From Gammaproteobacteria bacterium (GTDB taxonomy: Bacteria > Pseudomonadota > Gammaproteobacteria > GCA-001735895), in assembly GCA_050298595.1 (NCBI GenBank), contig JBNKUM010000086.1:1-27443 (forward strand): a stretch of 27,443 nucleotides of DNA, given 5' to 3'. The notes beneath the pieces were generated by a model. It was not told where the DNA came from and ran no database searches. It saw nothing but the letters and a program-made list of their open reading frames with translations. The first letter of the stretch is position 1. The number at the start of each line of letters is the position of its first letter. Below, piece by piece: positions 20,765 through 27,443 of this stretch. The position numbers and the translations under genes were made by a program.

Positions 20765-21490
20765 ATGAAAATCCTAAACGCTCTAGTTTTAAGTTTATTT
20801 CTTTCCTTTTCGGTGCAGGCAGAAACTGTTACTGCAGCTCAGGATCCCTGGCCCCCTTTTATTCAAAAAGGTGCTGATCCGGGGTTGTCCATCGCATTAA
20901 TCAAAGCTGCCATGGGAAAGGAGGGCTATACGGTTGATTTCAAAATCATGCCCTGGAACCGGGCTTTAAATGAAGTTAAAAATGGCAATGTGGATATACT
21001 GCCGGGTGCCTGGTATACCGACGAGCGAGCAGGTTATTTGATCTACAGTGATTATTATGCACAGAACAGTATCAAATTTATTAAGAGAAAAGGTGATAAT
21101 TTCGAGTTCAATGGTTTGGATAGCCTCAGCGGGAAAAAAGTAGGCATAGTTGCAGGCTATGGCTATGGCGAAGAATTTTCAAATGCGCCCAACTTCTCTC
21201 GGCCGGAAACAGGTAGCATTGAAGCCAATATTAAAAAACTACTGAGTAATCGGATCGACCTGACTCTGGATGATGAAATTGTGGCCAAGTCTGTCATCAA
21301 GCGGGCGGGAATGGATTTGGGTGCGATTGACTTTACCGCGAACGCGTTATCTGTCAACAACCTGCACATTGCCTCTGGAAAGGCAAATGCACGGGGACAA
21401 AAAATTATTGACGCTTTTAATAAGGGCTTAGCAGCTATCAAGGCAGATGGTACCTACAAAAAAATTCTCGCAGACTATGGTATAAAATAG
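20765..21490 (+). CDS. Periplasmic solute-binding protein, family 3 (amino-acid type)
   Basis: Signal peptide (VQA|E), DPWPPF, PWNRAL, ERAGYLIYSD, LSGKKVG, FNKGLAAIKADGTYKKILADY; GAGG RBS. Confidence 0.92.
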   Translation: MKILNALVLSLFLSFSVQAETVTAAQDPWPPFIQKGADPGLSIALIKAAMGKEGYTVDFKIMPWNRALNEVKNGNVDILPGAWYTDERAGYLIYSDYYAQNSIKFIKRKGDNFEFNGLDSLSGKKVGIVAGYGYGEEFSNAPNFSRPETGSIEANIKKLLSNRIDLTLDDEIVAKSVIKRAGMDLGAIDFTANALSVNNLHIASGKANARGQKIIDAFNKGLAAIKADGTYKKILADYGIK

Positions 21491-21607
21491 TTTTTGTTAA
21501 ACAAAAAGGCGTTGAATTAATTTAGCTCGGTTGAAAATCCCTGTGTATGCCGCACATACCAGGAGCCGATTGCCTATCTTGAGTAAGTACTACAGCGTCA
21601 ACCTCAA

Positions 21608-21632
21608 GGGGCCTGCAGTGGAGGCAGGCCCC
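21608..21632. terminator. GC-rich hairpin downstream of the SBP gene (possible terminator, no U-tract)
   Basis: GGGGCCTGC-agtggag-GCAGGCCCC. Confidence 0.45.
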
Positions 21633-21715
21633 AGTCAAGTGTAAAGTGGACCAAGTGTATAGGGGGCGGAGTGATTAAATTTTAACCAGAACCACTGGTT
21701 GTCCGCTTCGGGTCA

Positions 21716-21882
21716 AGGCTGTGTGAAAACTCGCTTCAATTTGATGACACCAAAAAATTTCCCACTACGGGGTAATTTTTCAGGATTATTTAGAACTCAA
21801 ATACCACAAATAATACGAAATTGATTCTATATAAGCCCGCATATTCCACTTGAAAAAATGGAAAATAGTTTTCACACAGCCT
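21716..21882 (-). mobile_element. MITE copy 2 (167 bp), inverted relative to copy 1
   Basis: By hand alignment its reverse complement differs from 18274-18441 by 7 substitutions and 1 indel (about 95% identity). Confidence 0.88.
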
Positions 21883-22039
21883 GGGGCGATAGGGAGCGTT
21901 CACCATAATCTGATCTCATATACCTGAACGACTGAAATGGCACACCAGAGACAATCACTCATTAACCCAGAATGACCGCTTCCAGGAAGGAGTCATTCAC
22001 TTGCTGACCTTAAATGACTTCCGACCCAAATCGGTCCTT
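21883..22039 (+). repeat. Palindrome cluster 2
   Basis: Half unit at 21883-21900, then units at 21927, 21971 (AATGACCGCTTCCAGGAAGGAGTCATT) and 22013; 21970-22027 is a degenerate direct repeat of 18211-18273. Confidence 0.7.
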
Positions 22040-22105
22040 CAATAAGGCCCGGTCTCAGTGGAGAGCAACCGAAAGGAGCGAATCCATTGAAGCCCATTGT
22101 TAGCG
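22040..22105 (-). mobile_element. Integron attC site (degenerate; R' reads CTT instead of GTT)
   Basis: Minus strand: CGCTAAC-AATGG-GCTTCAATGG...CCACTGAGAC-CGGGC-CTTATTG; R'' is the exact complement of the cassette start GTTAGCG at 22579-22573. Confidence 0.7.
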
Positions 22106-22153
22106 ATCTTTAATTTCACTTCTATCCTTCGTCCTTTCAACTTCCTTTTTGTA

Positions 22154-22564
22154 CTAATCATTGATTGGGTCTGACCGCTCTTGATTATAGTGTTTAAGAA
22201 TCCAGTCTAAAAAATTGGACTTCCTATCAATGTATAATTTATTTTCTTGCATCAATTTTGCTAGATTGTCGCTACCATCATGATGCTCCTTCCATTTTTT
22301 TACACTGACTTTTTCACCATCTATTGTATATAAAACATCGGTGTCTTTTAATTGCATCGATGTTTTAACGGCAAAGTTGTTATTCCAGATATTTACTCGA
22401 ATTGCATACTCCCTGATATTTTTCATCAGCGCTTCATTAAGAATAAATGCATTAATAAATTTCCACAGAAGGAAGTCGCGCAGGATAAGTGCCGCAGGAA
22501 AGATAACGTATGTACCTATTCCAGCCAATAGAATCTTTCCGATGGTAGCCCATGTTATTTCCAT
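22154..22564 (-). CDS. Gene-cassette hypothetical membrane-anchored protein, probably truncated by a premature TAG (original end 22100)
   Basis: N-terminal TM segment; ATG lies 8 bp after the GTTAGCG core; the frame stays open past the TAG to a TAA inside the attC R'' box. Confidence 0.75.
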   Translation of the reverse strand: MEITWATIGKILLAGIGTYVIFPAALILRDFLLWKFINAFILNEALMKNIREYAIRVNIWNNNFAVKTSMQLKDTDVLYTIDGEKVSVKKWKEHHDGSDNLAKLMQENKLYIDRKSNFLDWILKHYNQERSDPIND

Positions 22565-22572
22565 ATTTTTTT

Positions 22573-22631
22573 CGCTAACGTTGAAGCTCAGCCGCGCAGT
22601 TTACTGCATCGGCTGGGGCGCCTTGTTATGC
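22573..22631 (-). mobile_element. Integron attC site (59 bp)
   Basis: Minus strand: GCATAAC-AAGGC-GCCCCAGC-CGATGCAGTAAACTGCGCG-GCTGAGC-TTCAAC-GTTAGCG = R''-5-L''-stem-L'-6-R', the classical 59-base-element architecture. Confidence 0.9.
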
Positions 22632-23068
22632 GCTTTACACTCCAAGCCAGGATTGCTAGCGCATTGTTTTTTTGCCCATTCAAGTAATTCGTAGTTTTGC
22701 ACTTGAATGGACTCCCCTTGTTTTGATAATTCTGACTGATCTTTTAGAAGATTATTGGGCGGGTTGTCCTCCCAGAGAATACTGGCTGCATTCAGGGCAC
22801 GAATTTTTGCCTCCTCGAAGCCGTTTGCATTATTGGCGCCCTGATATTTCGCGACATACTGGAGGTGATTACTCAGATTGACATCGATTAGTTCTTGCGC
22901 TCCCTGTATATCGTTTTTTTCTAGATAATGAGCGTATCCTAGAGCCTCAAGTACATTTTGAAGTGCATAATCTTCCATAGATGCCTTCACATCAGAGGAA
23001 TCATTACCAATCCACCACCCCAAAATGAAGCTAGTAATTATCAGTAATATCGTAGCTACATATTTCAT
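22601..23068 (-). CDS. Gene-cassette hypothetical exported or membrane-anchored protein (155 aa)
   Basis: N-terminal hydrophobic helix; ATG lies 12 bp after the GTTAGGC core; C-terminus (HNKAPQPMQ) reads into the attC. Confidence 0.8.
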   Translation of the reverse strand: MKYVATILLIITSFILGWWIGNDSSDVKASMEDYALQNVLEALGYAHYLEKNDIQGAQELIDVNLSNHLQYVAKYQGANNANGFEEAKIRALNAASILWEDNPPNNLLKDQSELSKQGESIQVQNYELLEWAKKQCASNPGLECKAHNKAPQPMQ

Positions 23069-23080
23069 TTTCTATTTTTT

Positions 23081-23103
23081 GCCTAACAGCTTGATTATGT
23101 GAC
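23081..23103 (-). other. Cassette-array entry site (GTTAGGC core; possible attI remnant or secondary site)
   Basis: Minus strand GTCACATAATCAAGCT-GTTAGGC; no attC hairpin upstream of this core. Confidence 0.45.
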
Positions 23104-23158
23104 ACGCACAAATATTGACTTATGTTGCATTCTATTCTCAATCATAGGTAAAACAATC

Positions 23159-23222
23159 AATGACCGCTCCTGGTACCAACTTGTCTATTGCATTGCACCA
23201 TTGAATGACCGCTTTTACCCAG
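23159..23222 (+). repeat. Palindrome cluster 3
   Basis: AATGACCGCTCCTGGTACC at 23159 and AATGACCGCTTTT at 23204, joined by linker TTGCATTGCAC. Confidence 0.7.
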
Positions 23223-23418
23223 TAATCCATATTTAATACCTATAGAAACCTACCTGACAATCTGTAACTAACCAATCATTTCCTATCTCAGTCGATATTT
23301 TGATCTATCTAAAATTAACATCGAACAACCCGGCGATATACAGGTTTAGATAGTCCATAAATCCAAATTTAAAAGTATACTCCCCCCCATATCGAGCCTG
23401 TGAAAGGCTTAAATTAAA

Positions 23419-23658
23419 ATGGATAGGACATTTATGTGTTTTGCAATATCAACTGCGCTCATAGCGCTTCTTTGGCTTTATAGCGACTATATGCTGGAGC
23501 AGTATGCTTTATCGATTTCGACCAGTGGTAATCAATGGGCAATGGTGGCCATTGGATGGGAAATAATACCGCTTATCTGGCCCGTATTATTAATGGTAGT
23601 GGTTGCTGCCAGTGCGGCGACTTTTTTCGTGATGCGTCGCCACCAGGGCAGTAAGTGA
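23419..23658 (+). CDS. Small two-TM membrane protein (79 aa)
   Basis: Two hydrophobic helices and a basic C-terminal tail; AAGG upstream. Confidence 0.65.
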   Translation: MDRTFMCFAISTALIALLWLYSDYMLEQYALSISTSGNQWAMVAIGWEIIPLIWPVLLMVVVAASAATFFVMRRHQGSK

Positions 23659-23699
23659 CTGAAGTATAAATAGGGGCACAGACCCGCCCTCTCAGAAAT

Positions 23700-24641
23700 C
23701 TAATTCTCCTGATCATGCGTAACCTCAACAATCAGACGTCGCATCCATTGATGCGCAGGATTGTTTTGAAGCAATGGGCTCCATGCCATACTTAACTCCA
23801 GCGGTGGAATTTCAAAGGGCGGTTCACGGATGATCACGCGCGGGTTTTGTTGTTTCAATTTGGCCGCTCGGCTCGGAATAGTCACAATCAAATCCTTTTG
23901 CTCGGCCAGGGACATAGCCGCCTGATAGTGTCTGGTAAATATGGTGATATGGCGTTTCTTGCCAAGCCTTGCGAGGGCTTCATCCACCCAGCCCAGTCGC
24001 TGTACATCATCGGGGTTAATTCCTACACCTACGCCCATACCGGTTTTGCTTACCCAGACATGCTGGGCCTGTAAATAGCTGTCCAGATTAAAGTGATCCC
24101 GAATAGGATTCTGTGCACTAAACAAACAGGCAAAGCTATCTTTCCAGATAGTTGTTTTATGAAAAGACAGGGGAATACTGTCAAAGCGGTTGATGACCAG
24201 ATCGACCTTACCCTGCTCCACATCCAGAAAGCTCACATCACTGGGGGTCATGATATCCAGTACAACACCGGGGGCTTCTTCGCGCAATCGATGCAAAATA
24301 CTGGGGAAGATGGTGGATTCGGCATAGTCACTGGCCATGATGCGGAACACCCGATCAGAAGTGGCTGGCTCGAAAGCTGTTTGCGGTTGCACTGCCTTAT
24401 CCACCTTGGCCAGTACATCACGGATTACCGGCTGTAACTCAAGCGCTCTTTCGGTAGGCGTCATGCCCTCGCTAGTGCGTACCAGCAGCGGGTCATTGAA
24501 TAACAGGCGCAATCGGCGCAGACCATTACTCATCGCTGGCTGACTTAGGCCCAGATGACTGGCAGCTCGAGTAACATTACGTTCTCGAAGCAATACATCA
24601 AGATATGCCAGTAAATTTAGATCGATTCGGTCTGTCTGCAT
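23700..24641 (-). CDS. LysR-type transcriptional regulator divergent from aceA
   Basis: IDLNLLAYLDVLLRERNVTRAASHLGLSQPAMSNGLRRLR HTH, FNDPLLVR, C-terminal PAHQWMR. ATG 24641 preferred over GTG 24650. Confidence 0.95.
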   Translation of the reverse strand: MQTDRIDLNLLAYLDVLLRERNVTRAASHLGLSQPAMSNGLRRLRLLFNDPLLVRTSEGMTPTERALELQPVIRDVLAKVDKAVQPQTAFEPATSDRVFRIMASDYAESTIFPSILHRLREEAPGVVLDIMTPSDVSFLDVEQGKVDLVINRFDSIPLSFHKTTIWKDSFACLFSAQNPIRDHFNLDSYLQAQHVWVSKTGMGVGVGINPDDVQRLGWVDEALARLGKKRHITIFTRHYQAAMSLAEQKDLIVTIPSRAAKLKQQNPRVIIREPPFEIPPLELSMAWSPLLQNNPAHQWMRRLIVEVTHDQEN

Positions 24642-24655
24642 GAATAGCACCCACC

Positions 24656-24676
24656 ACTATTTGTTTAACGAATAGT
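24656..24676. promoter_or_regulatory. Putative LysR recognition site (T-N11-A dyad)
   Basis: ACTATT-N9-AATAGT, centred about 65 bp upstream of the start expected from candidate aceA promoter TTTCAA(24695)-N18-TAGTAT(24719). Confidence 0.55.
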
Positions 24677-24761
24677 AAATATAACCGTCATTTATTTCAA
24701 TTATAAAGCTTAAAGACATAGTATTGATTCCGTTCTCAATTCCAAAAAATCAGGATTAACC

Positions 24762-26357
24762 ATGACTCAATATAGAAATGATATCCAGGCAGCTGCTAAT
24801 CTCTGCGCTAAAAACGGCGATAGCTGGAATGCAATCAACCCAGAGTCTGTTGCGCGTATGCGTGCGCAGAACCGTTTCCAAACAGGGATCGACATCGCAA
24901 AATACACCGCCGGTATCATGCGTGCTGATATGGCCGCCTACGATGCTGATTCTTCGCAGTACACTCAGTCGCTGGGTTGCTGGCACGGTTTTATCGGCCA
25001 ACAGAAAATGATTTCTATCAAGAAGCACTTCGGCACTACCAAAAAGAGCTACTTGTATCTTTCTGGATGGATGGTTGCCGCGCTGCGTTCTGAATTCGGT
25101 CCTTTGCCAGATCAATCCATGCACGAAAAAACATCTGTTGCTGCGCTGATTAAAGAGCTTTACACCTTTCTGCGTCAGGCTGATGCGCGTGAACTGGGCG
25201 GTCTATTCCGTGAACTGGATGCTGCACGTGCTGCCGGTGATCAGGTTAAGGAAAAGGATATCCAGAATAAAATCGATAATTATGAGACTCATGTAGTGCC
25301 CATTATTGCTGACATCGATGCCGGTTTTGGTAACGCAGAAGCGACTTATCTGATGGCAAAACAGATGATCGAAGCCGGGGCCTGCTGTATCCAGATCGAA
25401 AATCAGGTTTCTGATGAAAAACAATGTGGTCATCAGGATGGAAAGGTTACCGTGCCTCATGAAGACTTCCTTGCCAAGGTTCGTGCCGTGCGTTACGCCT
25501 TCCTTGAGCTGGGTGTGGACGATGGCGTCATCGTTGCGCGTACAGATTCTCTGGGTGCTGGCCTGACCAAGCAAATCGCTGTATCTAACGTGCCCGGTGA
25601 TATCGGTGATCAATACAACAGCTTCCTCGATTGCGAGGAAATTTCTGTTGAAGACATGAAAAATGGTGACGTAGTACTTAATCGTAGCGGCAAGTTGTTA
25701 CGCCCCAAACGTCTACCCAGCAACCTGTTCCAGTTCCGCTCAGGCACTGGTGAAGATCGCTGTGTACTGGATTGCATCACTTCTCTGCAAAACGGTGCAG
25801 ACATGATCTGGATTGAAACCGAAAAGCCTCACATTGGTCAGATCGGGGGCATGGTGAATCGTGTTCGTGAAGTGGTTCCAAATGCCAAACTGGTTTACAA
25901 CAATTCTCCATCATTCAACTGGACCCTGAACTTCCGTCAACAGGTTTTCGATGCATGGGTTGAAGAAGGTAAAGACGTTTCAGCTTATGATCGTGATAGT
26001 CTGATGAGTGTTGATTACGATGGTACAGAGCTTGCCGATGTAGCCGATGAAAAAATCCGCACCTTCCAGGCCGATGCTTCGCGCGACGCAGGTATCTTCC
26101 ATCACCTGATCACGCTACCGACCTATCACACTGCGGCTCTGTCTACGGATAATCTTGCTAAAGAATACTTCGGCGAACAGGGTATGCTGGGCTATGTATT
26201 GGGTGTTCAGCGTAAGGAAATTCGCGAAGGTATTGCCTGTGTTAAGCACCAGAACATGTCGGGATCAGACATTGGTGACGATCACAAAGAATACTTCTCT
26301 GGTGATGCTGCTCTAAAAGCGGGAGGAAAAGACAATACAATGAATCAGTTTTCATAA
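24762..26357 (+). CDS. aceA: Isocitrate lyase (531-aa Pseudomonas-type subfamily)
   Basis: YLSGWMVAA, PIIADIDAGFG, catalytic EKQCGH, ARTD, WIETEKP, YNNSPSFNW. Confidence 0.97.
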   Translation: MTQYRNDIQAAANLCAKNGDSWNAINPESVARMRAQNRFQTGIDIAKYTAGIMRADMAAYDADSSQYTQSLGCWHGFIGQQKMISIKKHFGTTKKSYLYLSGWMVAALRSEFGPLPDQSMHEKTSVAALIKELYTFLRQADARELGGLFRELDAARAAGDQVKEKDIQNKIDNYETHVVPIIADIDAGFGNAEATYLMAKQMIEAGACCIQIENQVSDEKQCGHQDGKVTVPHEDFLAKVRAVRYAFLELGVDDGVIVARTDSLGAGLTKQIAVSNVPGDIGDQYNSFLDCEEISVEDMKNGDVVLNRSGKLLRPKRLPSNLFQFRSGTGEDRCVLDCITSLQNGADMIWIETEKPHIGQIGGMVNRVREVVPNAKLVYNNSPSFNWTLNFRQQVFDAWVEEGKDVSAYDRDSLMSVDYDGTELADVADEKIRTFQADASRDAGIFHHLITLPTYHTAALSTDNLAKEYFGEQGMLGYVLGVQRKEIREGIACVKHQNMSGSDIGDDHKEYFSGDAALKAGGKDNTMNQFS

Positions 26358-26414
26358 TAATAACGATTCAACAGTATTGTTATAAAACAGGGCATTTAGA
26401 TCCTGTATAATTTG

Positions 26415-26445
26415 AGGCGCTACCCTTACAGGTAGTGCCTTTTTT
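26415..26445 (+). terminator. Rho-independent terminator of aceA
   Basis: AGGCGCTACC-cttaca-GGTAGTGCCT-TTTTT. Confidence 0.85.
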
Positions 26446-26853
26446 GTGAGTATAATTTTTAAATATCGTATTACCAGGAAGAAACAGGCAACTTAAATAT
26501 AAAAAAATTCGAGACTGTAATAAAATTAAAAATCCGCCCAACAGACAGAATTCACGCCTGAATTGGGGCAGAGTAACCCCATCCTTCACATGGGTATAAG
26601 TCTGCACATCGGCATAAGTATGCACATCACGTTACAGGAATAGACCTTCATCGAAATCAAAACGCACCAAACGAGAGCACCTATGTCTGTTACTTAAAAA
26701 AAATCTAGCTCAAAAAAACATCTCATACAGCTAATTAATGGTCGATTTTAGGACAGAGTCGCCGCTAACTGACTGAAATACTGAGCTGAGATTGACACTC
26801 CTATCCCATTCGGATAGGGTGATCGATCACTAAAGCATTAAAATTAAATATAT

Positions 26854-27443
26854 ATGAGTGACAAGAGCGATATTCTGGTTCGTTTTGAAAACGTTCAGAA
26901 AAGTTACGATGGCGAAAGCCTTGTTGTTAAAAACTTCAACCTCGATATGCAACGGGGTGAATTCCTGACCATGCTGGGGCCATCGGGTTCCGGTAAAACC
27001 ACCTGCCTGATGATGCTTGCTGGCTTCGAACCGGCTACTCACGGTGAAATCTATTTAAATGGTGAACCCATTAACTCTGTACCTCCACATAAACGTGGCA
27101 TTGGTATGGTGTTCCAAAACTATGCCCTTTTCCCACATATGACTGTAGGAGAAAATCTTGCATTTCCTCTAGAGGTTAGAAAGATGGGGAAATCCGAGCG
27201 TGAAGAACGCGTCAATCGGGCGTTGGATATGGTGCAGCTAGGTGACTTTGCCGGTCGTCGTCCAGCCCAGTTATCCGGGGGCCAACAGCAACGTGTCGCC
27301 GTAGCACGTGCACTGGTATTTGATCCAGACGTAGTATTGATGGATGAGCCACTGGGCGCACTGGATAAAAACCTGCGTGAACAGATGCAGTACGAAATCA
27401 AGCACATACATGAGCGCCTTGGCGTTACTGTCATGTATGTAAC
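26854..27443 (+). CDS. ABC transporter ATP-binding subunit, PotA/polyamine-opine type; 3' end runs off the window
   Basis: Manual translation MSDKSDILVRFENVQKSY...GPSGSGKTT...RGIGMVFQNYALFPHMTV...LSGGQQQRVAVARAL...MDEPLGALDKNLREQMQ. Not in the ORF track. Confidence 0.92.
   Translation, partial: MSDKSDILVRFENVQKSYDGESLVVKNFNLDMQRGEFLTMLGPSGSGKTTCLMMLAGFEPATHGEIYLNGEPINSVPPHKRGIGMVFQNYALFPHMTVGENLAFPLEVRKMGKSEREERVNRALDMVQLGDFAGRRPAQLSGGQQQRVAVARALVFDPDVVLMDEPLGALDKNLREQMQYEIKHIHERLGVTVMYV

Noticed and set aside
21636-21690. GTAAAGTGGACCA...GGGGCGGAGT resembling an IS21-type end
   Set aside because: Too short and degenerate, with no partner end or transposase fragment.
23100-23420. intI remnant or FNR box (TTGATCTATCTAAA near 23300)
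   Set aside because: No integrase-like reading frame seen, and the second half-site matches FNR poorly.
26380-27434. Minus-strand ORFs 26380-26625, 26830-27042 and 27120-27434
   Set aside because: One crosses the aceA terminator; the others are antisense to the clear ABC ATPase frame.

Overview
Chromosomal window from a gammaproteobacterium, probably marine (inferred from gene content). Housekeeping and metabolic genes: apbC/mrp divergent from metG, hppA (K+-dependent, probably Na+-pumping membrane PPase), a LysR gene divergent from aceA, and a partial PotA-like ABC ATPase. The left end carries a DJ-1/PfpI, D-amino-acid dehydrogenase and ornithine cyclodeaminase-family operon, followed by a 1068-aa lipoprotein with 14 tandem 35-aa Asp-rich (TSP3-like) repeats. 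The middle holds a poorly characterised enzyme group: sulfotransferase-like, GT-A-like 612 aa, ThDP enzyme and a non-canonical Cys-rich metallophosphoesterase. The most unusual part is an accessory island at about 18125-23222. It is marked by clusters of degenerate ~30-bp palindromes (AATGACCGCT...AGCGGTCATT) at a ~44-bp period. Two ~168-bp MITEs sit inside such palindromes in inverted orientation around an MCP plus solute-binding-protein pair, which appears to have been inverted. Two integron gene cassettes with attC sites but no integrase abut the same palindromes. All calls were made by eye from the sequence and ORF track; no database search was run.
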